Both the position numbers and the translations under genes were made by a program. A stretch of 64,000 nt of DNA, from assembly GCA_026936335.1 (NCBI GenBank), contig JAPMXV010000070.1, positions 62,001 through 126,000 of the forward strand, written 5' to 3'. The DNA is from Mantamonas sphyraenae STR306. Taxonomy: Eukaryota > Protista > CRuMs. The notes under the pieces are model-generated. The model was not told the origin of the DNA. It saw nothing but the letters and a program-made list of their open reading frames with translations, and made no database searches. This document shows positions 9,257 through 18,695 of the stretch, piece by piece. The stretch's first letter is position 1, and every line of letters starts with the position of its first letter.

Positions 9257-12004
9257 ATGAAACTTCTGCTTCCCCTGTTGGCTCTGGTCAGCGTGATTGT
9301 GGCTGCACCCACCCACAAGGCCTTTTCGTCGCAACACGAAACGTTTCCTCCACCGGTGCCATCAAACGTAGATTGTAAGCACCCGCCAGCGGCGCAGGAA
9401 GACGCGCTGCCAGCTGCGTTGTGCCTCCTGCACAAACGCAGCACAGTGGACGCATCACTCAAGTCGTTGCGTGGTCAGCTTCTGCGCAGCATCCGCAGGT
9501 CGTCCACGCCCCTCGTGAACCATCTGTGGGCGGCGGCGTTGATTGCGCTGCGGGACAACCAGCCCAAGGCAGCGTTGAGGCAATGGGACGCCCTTCTCAA
9601 GGTGCAACCGTCGCACCGCATGGCGCTGTACCACCGTGCGGTGACGCTTCTGCACCTGCAGCGGCCACAGGAGGCCAACCGTGACCTGAATCGTGCGCTC
9701 GAGGTCAACCCGCGCGAGCCGTTTCCGCCGGCCGCGTTTGCCTTGGGCAACATGGCCCTTCGACAGGGGCGTTACGACGACGCCATGGTGTATTTTCAGC
9801 AGTTGGTACAGTTGGATGGGAAACACGTGCATGCGTGGGCCAACCTGGCGCTGATCTATCTGCAGCAGAACGACCTGAACGCAGCGCTGCACGCATACCA
9901 ACGCATCCTTGCGGTGGAGGAGCGCAACGCACTGGCTGTGTTTGGTGTGGCCAACGTGCTGTGGCACCAAGGTAAGCAAGGCCAGAGTGCACAGCAGCAC
10001 ACGCACTTTGTGGAATTGGTCAAGGCGGGCGCGTTTGACAAGGAGAACGAAAAGGCAGCCGTAGGCTCAGCGCTGGTCACATCTGGCCACGCGTTTTACG
10101 TGCGAGGCGACATTGCAGGAGCCAAGGAAGCATGGATTGCTGCACTGGAGCACAATCCGCATGCGGCTCACGCTGCCACCAACCTGGGGGTGATCTACGC
10201 CAACGAGGGCGACTATCCACGTGCTTCCAAGATGCTGCAACGCGCAAACAGGCTGCAACCCAACGACGAGTCCATCCTCTTCAACTGGGCTCTTGTGCTC
10301 AAGCGCCTGGGTCGCCACGACGAGGCAGCGCGGCATTTGACGCATCTCACGCGCTCCGTCAACCCGCAGAGCTACAAGGCATTCATCGAACTCGGAGGGG
10401 CGCTGCAACTTCTGGACAAACACCAGCAGGCCATCCAAGAGTACGAACGTGGCCTGGCCATCGAACCTGACTCACCCGAAGGGTTTGCCACATATTACCA
10501 TTGCGTGCAGAGTGTGTGCGATTGGCGCAACAAAACAGCCAACCTGGCCACGCTGCGGCGCCATCTGTCCGAACAGGTGGCGCAGGGCAAACGACCTGCG
10601 CTGGAGCCGGCCGCGTCGATTGCGTTTGAGCTGACGTTGCGCGAGCAGCTGCAAGTGGCGCGTGGGTACGCACAGGAGGCCATCCGCCGCACGCGACAGG
10701 GAATGGATGAGCGAGAACGGGCAGCGTTGGACCAAGGACGGCCGCAGGACATTCTGCAGGGCAAAGACCTGCCTGGGCTTGGGCTGACCCAGGACGGACC
10801 CGTGCACATTGGGTACGTCTCACACGACTTTCGACAGCACCAGGTTGGTTTCCTCATGGCCAATGCATTTGGATACCACAGGCGCCCTCGCGTGCGCGTG
10901 TCGTGCTTTGCCACGTCACCGGACGACAGGAGCGAGTACCGCCGAAGCATTGCGTCCAAGTGTGACGAATTCGTGGACATTTCGCACTTGGACACGCGTT
11001 CGATGGCTGTGGCCATACGCACACGTCGTGTGGATGTGCTCATCGACCTCACGGGCCACATGTTTGGCTCGCGACTGGATCTGTTTGTGTGGCGACCTGC
11101 GCCGATCCAGATCACGTACCCGTGGCATTGCGGCCCCGTGGGTGCGCCTGAGTTTATGGATTACATGATTGCAGACGACATTGTGATTCCCAAGTCGCTG
11201 CGAGTGCCCGAGCACTACCCGGAGAAGCTGCTGATGATGCCGCACACGTACTACATGGGCGACCACAAGCAGGGCCATCGCGGCGTGCTGGGCCATGCCA
11301 CAGACCACAAGTTGCGCATGCTGGCCCGCGAGGTGCTCAAGCTGATGCTGCCCATCGAGGAGACGGGCATCGACTCGTTCGACGATCCGCCGTTTGTGTT
11401 TTGCACCTTCAACAAGTTGTACAAGCTGGACCCAGCCACGTGGGCGACGTGGATGCGCATTCTCAAGCGTGTGCCCAATTCCATGCTGATGCTGCTCAAG
11501 GCTCCTTCCGACGCCGAGGCACACCTGCGCCGCGAGGCAGCCGCCCACGGCGTCCCAGACTACCGACTGGTGTTTCACCCGACGGTGCACATCAAGGAAT
11601 ACTTTGTGCGCATCTCGCAGTGCGATCTGGCACTGGACACCCCTTTGTACAATTCACACACGGTGGCCATGGACACGCTGTGGGCAGGGACGCCGCTGCT
11701 GACGATGCCGGATGCCCAGCGCATGGCCGGGCGAGTGGCAGCCTCGATCCTGCATGCGTTGGGGATGGAGAAGCAGCTGGTGGTGCACACACCGCAGGAG
11801 TATGAAGACAGGGCGGTGGAGCTGGCAGCGGACGGGGTGCAGGGCAAGCAGATCACAGCGCTCCGCAAGCAGGTTCGGGACCTGCGCGAACATGCACCGC
11901 TGTTTGATACGCGTCAGTGGGTGCATGACCTTGAGGACCGACTGGTGGGGCTGGTGCGAGAGCACGGAGGGTTGCAAGGACAGGGGAACAAAGACGAACT
12001 GTGA
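9257..12004 (+). CDS. TPR + glycosyltransferase family 41 (OGT/SEC-like) protein with N-terminal signal peptide and C-terminal KDEL
   Basis: Multiple TPRs. GT41 motifs HIGYVSHDFRQHQVGFLM, RPAPIQ, FCTFNKLYKLDP and LDTPLYNSHTVAMDTLWAGTP. N-terminus MKLLLPLLALVSVIVA; C-terminus GNKDEL-stop. Confidence 0.9.
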   Translation: MKLLLPLLALVSVIVAAPTHKAFSSQHETFPPPVPSNVDCKHPPAAQEDALPAALCLLHKRSTVDASLKSLRGQLLRSIRRSSTPLVNHLWAAALIALRDNQPKAALRQWDALLKVQPSHRMALYHRAVTLLHLQRPQEANRDLNRALEVNPREPFPPAAFALGNMALRQGRYDDAMVYFQQLVQLDGKHVHAWANLALIYLQQNDLNAALHAYQRILAVEERNALAVFGVANVLWHQGKQGQSAQQHTHFVELVKAGAFDKENEKAAVGSALVTSGHAFYVRGDIAGAKEAWIAALEHNPHAAHAATNLGVIYANEGDYPRASKMLQRANRLQPNDESILFNWALVLKRLGRHDEAARHLTHLTRSVNPQSYKAFIELGGALQLLDKHQQAIQEYERGLAIEPDSPEGFATYYHCVQSVCDWRNKTANLATLRRHLSEQVAQGKRPALEPAASIAFELTLREQLQVARGYAQEAIRRTRQGMDERERAALDQGRPQDILQGKDLPGLGLTQDGPVHIGYVSHDFRQHQVGFLMANAFGYHRRPRVRVSCFATSPDDRSEYRRSIASKCDEFVDISHLDTRSMAVAIRTRRVDVLIDLTGHMFGSRLDLFVWRPAPIQITYPWHCGPVGAPEFMDYMIADDIVIPKSLRVPEHYPEKLLMMPHTYYMGDHKQGHRGVLGHATDHKLRMLAREVLKLMLPIEETGIDSFDDPPFVFCTFNKLYKLDPATWATWMRILKRVPNSMLMLLKAPSDAEAHLRREAAAHGVPDYRLVFHPTVHIKEYFVRISQCDLALDTPLYNSHTVAMDTLWAGTPLLTMPDAQRMAGRVAASILHALGMEKQLVVHTPQEYEDRAVELAADGVQGKQITALRKQVRDLREHAPLFDTRQWVHDLEDRLVGLVREHGGLQGQGNKDEL

Positions 12005-12045
12005 TGTGAGAGATGAGAGAGAGAGAGAGTGGTGGAATCAGTTGT

Positions 12046-13355
12046 TCACTTGCCCAACGAGGCGTACATGACACCGCGGTCACTCTCTTTGTTCTTGCGC
12101 CACTCGAGTTGGAGGGCCTGGAGGATGAGAAGGCCAATGTAGAGACCGTAGACAATGAGGACGCCAGTGGGAACCTCGAGGAGCAGCATGCCCATGACAA
12201 TGGTGCCCGTGGAGAGGACCAAGACAAGGCGTGCGGCGTACCAGTGCAGCCTGTCAGGCCACATGGGCACAAAGAGACGGCTCTCGTCATACTTGCGATC
12301 TGCGGTGACGCCGAGGGTGGCTGTGACGAGGGTCAGACCCAGGGTGATGAGCCCCAGGACGCTGTGGACACTGGTAAAGTGGAGTCCGACCACGTTGATC
12401 ATCATGATGGTGGCACCAGCAAGGACGATGATGGTGCCGGCCACCTGCATCGAGACGTGGAGCGGGAACCACCACGGGTGGGCCTTGAGATACCTGCTGA
12501 CAAAGGCACCAAACATCATGCACACAGAGAAGCCAAGGGTCATGAGGGCGCCGTGCAGGCTTTTGTAGTCAAAGCTGGGGCCGACAGAGGCGCCGGTGAA
12601 GAAGTTGATCACGCCTTCGCCGGCGTTGTTGGGCCCGTGAAAGGCAAACTTGTTCGGGGTGGCACTCAGCGGGTTGCCGTGTGCAAAAATGATGCGCTGG
12701 TCTCCCGGAGTGATGGGATGGTCTGTTTTGGTGTCGTTTGTCTTGAGCTTGCGACGCACCGTAAAGGTGGAGAAGCCCTGCTTTTTGTCTTGGAAGCCAA
12801 ACGACTCAAGGATGTTGTATTCGCCACCCATTGTCTGTGCATTGCATGGATCGGCGATGATGACGGGTGCAGTGGGACGGGTGGGCGGGTGGGTGGGTGG
12901 GCATTGGGTGAGAAATGCGGTGAGGAAGGGAAACTGGAGATCCCACGCGCGACCCTCCTTTGGCGGCGCAGACAAAAACACGGGCGGGTGCAAGGCGTTT
13001 CACGTACAGTGTCGTCCTGCGGAGTGTGGAAACCCTCGTCCCTGGCGACAGCAAACATGTCGTGGACACGGACCAGGGTGCCTGTGTTGTCGTCAAACTC
13101 GGCCACCATAAAGTCGGCGTTGGTCATGGCCGAGTTGCTTGAGCCGACACTGTGGAGGCCAAAGCCGACCCAGGAGGCATGGTTGCACTCGACAGTGTAG
13201 ACGATTTCGTCGCCGAGGACACGCCACAGGAGACGCATGTCCTTGTTGAGCACGTACGCCTGTGTGCTTTGGGACGAGTTTGCATCAATGGCAGCGACCT
13301 GCTGCACACAGCCAGCGAGCAGCAGCAACAACAACAACAGCGTCGACGCAGTCAT
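12046..13355 (-). CDS. DOMON + cytochrome b561 domain membrane protein, one intron
   Basis: complement(13008..13355, 12046..12834); intron 12835-13007 GTACGT..CAG. Signal peptide, DOMON motifs (WVGFG..M.NADF; FTVRRKL; IIFAHG) and b561 His residues (LHGALM, LHVSMQ, HSVLG, LHWYA). Confidence 0.88.
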
Positions 13356-13475
13356 GCTGATGTGCACCCACGCAGACTGTGATTGCCGACCGGTGTGCAT
13401 GAGCTGTGTGCGGTGTTTTGGCTGTGGGCGCTGGGGCGACCAGCAAAACAGGGTTGCAGCACGTGTGGAGCAACA

Positions 13476-14492
13476 ATGGCGCTCCGCAGAAGCGTGGCCT
13501 TTGTCATTATCTTTGTGTTGATGAGTGTGGCGGGCCTGTTGGTGCTGCACATGCACACGCAGTCGAGTCAGCGTGCGCGGGAGGTTGACCAATGGGAGGC
13601 GGAGTACAAGGCGGCGATGCCATTTTCGCCGACGGTGCCGTTGGAGACAGAGTCGAAAGTGCAGCAAATGTGGACGACAGCGTCTGTGGGGGCACAGACG
13701 TGCCAGCTGGTGGCTGCGGGAGAGGTTGGGGCACGGGTGTTTGAAGACCATGCGACGGCAGCCAAGCACGCGGACTACTCGGCGGTGCTGGAAGCGATGG
13801 ACTCTGGACGAATGCCACTGTTGAACCTGAACCACACCAGCGCGACACTGGGCTTTGATAACGTGTACGTGCTGAACAGGGCGTTGCGTCCGGAACGACT
13901 GGTGAACTTTTTGCAGCAGGCACAGAAAATGGGAGTGCGTGCACAGGTGCACTACGGCATCGAAGCAGAGGAGTTGAACATGGATGCAGAATGGCTGAGG
14001 CGGTGGATCAGCAAGTGTCCGCTGGACAAGGTGCGGCCGGTGCAGCTTGCGGTGTCGTTGTCCCACATGGAAGCCATGCAGGACATGCTGCGGCGTGGCT
14101 ATCGCACTGCGCTGATTGTAGAAGACGACACGGAGTTTCTGGCGGACTTTGCCCTGGACGGCGGGTTTGCCCGGCGCCTCGCGCCACTGCAGTTTGACTG
14201 GAACTGGGATCTGCTGATGCTGATGCGGGCGCCACTGTATCAGGGAAGCGATTCGGCGTATGCCCATGGCATCCTGCGCACTCAGCCTGCGTGGGGCTCC
14301 AACGCGTATGTGGTGACGCGTCGTGGAGCCATGAAGCTGCTGCACGACCTGCAATTTTGGCGCGCCAACATCGACGTGCGCATGGCCGACATCATCCGCA
14401 CCGACCCCGAGTTTGTGGCGTTGGCGTTGGATCCACCGGGGGCAGAGAGCAAGAAGTACGGGTACAGTGATACGACGCGTGGGAGGAGGTGA
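13476..14492 (+). CDS. Glycosyltransferase family 25, type II membrane protein
   Basis: N-terminal TM anchor; FDNVYVLNRALRPERL, SLSH..., ALIVEDD and AYVVTRRGA are GT25 motifs. Confidence 0.8.
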   Translation: MALRRSVAFVIIFVLMSVAGLLVLHMHTQSSQRAREVDQWEAEYKAAMPFSPTVPLETESKVQQMWTTASVGAQTCQLVAAGEVGARVFEDHATAAKHADYSAVLEAMDSGRMPLLNLNHTSATLGFDNVYVLNRALRPERLVNFLQQAQKMGVRAQVHYGIEAEELNMDAEWLRRWISKCPLDKVRPVQLAVSLSHMEAMQDMLRRGYRTALIVEDDTEFLADFALDGGFARRLAPLQFDWNWDLLMLMRAPLYQGSDSAYAHGILRTQPAWGSNAYVVTRRGAMKLLHDLQFWRANIDVRMADIIRTDPEFVALALDPPGAESKKYGYSDTTRGRR

Positions 14493-14564
14493 CCAGCAGA
14501 CGAATGAACACGAATGAACTGGTTGATTTGTGCATTGCATTGGTTGTGAGCGTAGGCCAGCCCT

Positions 14565-15740
14565 TCATATGCCCAAGCCATACATGGTGACCTGGACGGA
14601 GAGGGCGTGGACGCCGTCGACGAGCTCATAGCGGCCAGGATCGTAGCCGAGGGTGCGGACGGCGTGCTGCGGTGAATAGTAGGCTGTGGTTGTGAGATGA
14701 CGCAGGAGCGTCTCATCCATGGGAATGTCCATGGAGGAGCAGCCCAGGTAGGAGGCAAGGTCGCTCATGCCCTGCCAGAAGCGAGCCGAGGTCCAGCCTC
14801 GCAACCAGGAGACCGGTATGTCGGGAGCGTCGAATCCGCAGGCGTCTGTGAGCTGACAGACGAGATCCCAGACGTGTACGGGCTGTGCGTTGGTGATGAC
14901 AATGGCATGTCCTGCACACGGGGCGGAGTCGTCGTCGAGGAGATCGTGTTTGTCTGCACGACGACGCGCGGCTCGGAGGAGGGCATCGCCGGCAAGGACG
15001 TGTGCCTGGGCGACGTTTTCGACACAGACAAAGTCGACGACGGCGGAGTGGAAACCAAACCAGGTGGAACTGTACATGTACTCGAGGTAGTCGTCGCGGG
15101 CAAGGCGCAGGAGCCTCCCGAGAAGCAGGGATTCGTCACGGCCGAGCATGTGGACTGGACGAAGGACAGTGGTTGCGAGGGTGGGGCTGTTGGCCTGTAG
15201 CACCGCCTGTTCGGCCTGGGCGAGGCTCGCAGCGTAGTCATTCAGGTGTTCGTTTGGGTAGGGGAGGCCTACGCCGTGGGCCATGCGTGCTGTGTCTTTG
15301 TGTGGGTGGTGCGTCGTGCCTGTGTACTCGGTGGGGTCTTGTCCAATGTCGACGGTGCCCGTACGTGGCAACAGCACAGAGGCGCAGGAGGTAAAGACAA
15401 AGGCCGGAATGGCGAGCTGGCGACACAAGGCGAGGGCGTTTTCGACACCGGTGACGTGTGTGTGCCACATGGCATCGACGTCGCTCCTTTCATGCTTTTG
15501 CGCGCAGTAGTAGACGAGGGAGGCGTCTGCAAGAGCGTGTGCGAGGGAACGGAAATCGAGGACGTCACCGACGACGTAGGAGACGCCTGTGATGCGGGAG
15601 AACATGGGCATGCGCTTCTCGTCGTACACAGTGATGCGTGTGTAGCCGGCCATGATGAGCTGCTCGACGACATGCATCCCGACAAAGCCACATCCCCCGA
15701 CGACGACAACGCGCGGGTCGTCGGGAGCCTTTGTGGACAT
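14565..15740 (-). CDS. 3beta-hydroxysteroid dehydrogenase/NSDHL-like extended SDR
   Basis: VVVVGGCGFVG Rossmann motif, FVFTSCASV, TTVLRP, DFVCVENVAQAH. The catalytic YxxxK reads YAASL. Confidence 0.8.
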   Translation of the reverse strand: MSTKAPDDPRVVVVGGCGFVGMHVVEQLIMAGYTRITVYDEKRMPMFSRITGVSYVVGDVLDFRSLAHALADASLVYYCAQKHERSDVDAMWHTHVTGVENALALCRQLAIPAFVFTSCASVLLPRTGTVDIGQDPTEYTGTTHHPHKDTARMAHGVGLPYPNEHLNDYAASLAQAEQAVLQANSPTLATTVLRPVHMLGRDESLLLGRLLRLARDDYLEYMYSSTWFGFHSAVVDFVCVENVAQAHVLAGDALLRAARRRADKHDLLDDDSAPCAGHAIVITNAQPVHVWDLVCQLTDACGFDAPDIPVSWLRGWTSARFWQGMSDLASYLGCSSMDIPMDETLLRHLTTTAYYSPQHAVRTLGYDPGRYELVDGVHALSVQVTMYGLGI

Positions 15741-15828
15741 TGGGTTGGATGGCAGAGCGGGGGGGAGGCGGGGGTGAGGAGGACCTTGCTTGAAGGGATG
15801 AGGGGGAGTGGCGTGGCGTTTTGAATGT

Positions 15829-17581
15829 TTACTGCAGTTCTTCGTCGATGGGATCCCCCTGTTCAGCGTCGTCGTCGTCGTCGTCGTCGAGGTCGAGCAT
15901 GTCGAAGCGAAGGGGTTCACACTCAAGGGTGCGCAGGTTGAGGAGGACAACCGTGCTGGTCTCCCAGAATTTGGGGATGCTGATGAGACGGACAGAGACG
16001 TCGCCGTGCTCAAAGAGACTTGTGCCGTAGGCTTGCTGGTTGCCGGCAAACATGACGTGTGGACAGGCCTGCATGATGAAGGGGTCGCGGTCATAGAAAG
16101 GGTAGGATGGGAGGGTGTCTGGGGCTGTGGGAGCATAGTGGCACCAAACGATCATCTGGGCCATGGCGTCGACGGGGCCGTCGAGGTCGGTGTACTTGAG
16201 GAGGTCGTTGACGGGCTGGCCACTGTTGCCGGCAAAGTGGACGCCATCGATGGAAAACAGGGCCGGGTTGGTTGCAGGGACCAGGGTGGAGTACTTGGAG
16301 GCGTGGGGCAGCATGCACCTGTGGAGGCGCTGTTGCGGGAGAGTGAAATTGCTGGGATCCTTGGCTCCGCTCATGAGGGTGACAGGGACGGAGGAGGAAA
16401 GCATGCTCATATACAAGTCGAGTTGATCGAGGGCATTCATGCTCTCGGCCTGGCTCTCTTTGTTTGCACGAGAGTCTGTGGAGTTTGTTTCGCGCGGGGA
16501 TTCGGCGACGGAATTGCCGGCGAGAATGAGACGCACGATGGACTGCTGGACTGCCTCTTGTTCGGCTTGACCTCCCAGGGTGCCCAGCACATACTCTGTG
16601 AGAGCGTCGAGAGCGGCAGCGCCGCGTCCGTCGTGGCGGCCGATCTCCAGGCCCGAGGCCAGGAGCACATACTTGTCCTGGTCGACCTGTGGGGGAGGAT
16701 TCTGCGCAGCCGGCTCTGCAAAGCACACGTCGTCGACCACAAAGGCGCCGGCGTGGTTTTCGCGTCCGAGGAGGGCGACGACGAGGCCGCTGACGAGGCT
16801 TGCGACGGGCAGCGATGTGTCTGCGGCGCCGATGAGACCAGCGCGTCCGCTGTCGTCCTCGATGATAAGAGTGTCCTCGTCGGTGATGTAGGAGGCGTGT
16901 TCGGGCTCCGGGTTGGTGAGGGTGTCGGAAGCGAGTTGCTTGAGGGCGCTGGGCTTCAGGGCCATCTCCTTGTACAGCGTGCCAACAATGACGCACAGTT
17001 CTCCCTTTTCGACCTTGAGGATGCGCTCCTTGACAACGGGCACTGGGTGGAAACGGTGGCAGAAGGGGTCAGCGGCGGGCGGGTGTTGGGGATTTTTGGC
17101 GGGAAGTTGGCGGGAAAAGAGGAGCGGGTCCACGTACTCTCGTCGCCGTCCTTGCACGTATCGATCCACTTTGCGCGTGCGACGGCCTGGAGCTGGTCCC
17201 GCATGCTCACCAAGCGCTGGTAGTAGAGGTGGGAGTATTGCTGGCTGAAAGAACGGTCCTTGACGACAAAGGCGTTGGAGGCCGAATCGTCGTAACTGGC
17301 CTGGAGGCGCTGGACGGTGTTGGAAGAGGCTGAGCCGCCGTCGAGCTCGGCAAGGTCCTCTTGGGTGGGTTCTTCCAGCAGGACGTTGTTTGTGTCGCTG
17401 GAGGAGACGGGAGAGGGACGAGGTGTCAGCGGGTGATCAAGGATTTTGCGATCTCGGGAACCAGGCGCCGTCCAGGAGGGCAGGCGGGAGGTGGCAAGCA
17501 TGGTGGGAGAGCGGGTGGGCGAGCGGGTGGAGACAAGGTGTGGCGGAGCGCAACTCACTTGCCAGTGTCTTGGATGTCCAT
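15829..17581 (-). CDS. POLD2: DNA polymerase delta subunit 2, two introns
   Basis: complement(17559..17581, 17138..17397, 15829..17042). Introns 17398-17558 (GTGAGT..CTGAC..CAG) and 17043-17137 (GTACGT..CTGAC..CAG). Motifs QQYSHLYYQRL, GTLYKEMALKPS, IEDDSGR, DPSNFTLPQQ, APTAPDTL and CPHVMFAGNQ. Confidence 0.93.
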
Positions 17582-17637
17582 TTGCGGGGCTGGGAGAGAG
17601 GGCGCGCGCGCAGGTGGAGGCAGAGAGAAGGAGAGAG

Positions 17638-18660
17638 ATGGAGAGGCAGTTGTTTGAGATCCTGTACGCACGTGTGCAACAGCACGGGCGACACGACGTG
17701 ATTACGTCGCTGCTGGAGGAGTTTGTGGAGGTGCGGTACGAGGCGCTGGTGGGGATGTTGTCGACCAAGGTGCAGCGCAAGACAAAGTACATTGCGCCGT
17801 GGCTGTACAAAGAGCATGCGCCGATTCTGACGACAATGGCCATGCGGTACGTGGGCCAGGAGGAGTCTCTGGTGGATCTGGCGCGGTGCCTGTACTTGGA
17901 AGAGCGCGGGAACCAGCGGGAGGTGCGGCTAGCGGAACGCGTGGAGGAGGTGCCACACGAGGCGTTTTCACTGCCGGCGTGCATGCTGGCACGATACATG
18001 CTGCGTCTGTACATACACGTGACGGAGTGGGGCCGGCGCAAGGGACAGTGGAGCGCAGGGCTGTACGGGCAGGGTGTGGGCGGGTCGACTCAGCTGGCGA
18101 TTGGGCTGGTGCAGGAGCATGTGCAGGTGTCGTTGAAGGACAAGCGGTTAAAGGGCAAGGCAAGCGAGCTGTTGAAGGGACCCGAGCGGATAGGGGACGT
18201 GCGGCTGCGTGAGGAGGTGGAGCGGTGTGTGGCCAGCGACCAGGATTACAATCCGCACACGAACCAACTGCGTGCAATCATGGGCAACGAGCACGAATAT
18301 CTGTTGCAGCAGCGACTGAACACGCTGGGCATCCACTATTTCAGCGAGCAGGCGCTGCGGGAGAGCGGACGGACAAAGACGCCGGACATCTTGCTGGAGG
18401 TGCCTGTGCTGCTGATGGGCCACCTGGTGTACTGGATTGAGAGCAAGGCGATGTTTGGGGACGCAGACATTATGGCGGAGCACTGGAAGGGCCAGCTGCA
18501 CGGGTACGTGACACGATACGGGAGCGGCTGCGTGGTGTATTGGCACGGGTGTGTGTTGGAGCAGGAGGGGAGCCAGGAAGAGGAAGAAGGGATAGACAGG
18601 CAGCAAGTGCTGGTGCTGGCAGGGTTTGAGGTGGGGAGGGAGCAGGTGGAGGCGCTGTGA
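17638..18660 (+). CDS. CDIN1: CDAN1-interacting nuclease 1 (C15orf41, TPD domain)
   Basis: G.EHE..L, KTPDILLEVP, WIESKAMFGD and QL.GY..RYGSG.VVYW.G match the C15orf41 PD-(D/E)xK-like family. Start is 56 bp from the divergent POLD2 start. Confidence 0.85.
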   Translation: MERQLFEILYARVQQHGRHDVITSLLEEFVEVRYEALVGMLSTKVQRKTKYIAPWLYKEHAPILTTMAMRYVGQEESLVDLARCLYLEERGNQREVRLAERVEEVPHEAFSLPACMLARYMLRLYIHVTEWGRRKGQWSAGLYGQGVGGSTQLAIGLVQEHVQVSLKDKRLKGKASELLKGPERIGDVRLREEVERCVASDQDYNPHTNQLRAIMGNEHEYLLQQRLNTLGIHYFSEQALRESGRTKTPDILLEVPVLLMGHLVYWIESKAMFGDADIMAEHWKGQLHGYVTRYGSGCVVYWHGCVLEQEGSQEEEEGIDRQQVLVLAGFEVGREQVEAL

Positions 18661-18695
18661 GGGCCAACGTTTGTGTGGACTACAGTAGAATTGGC

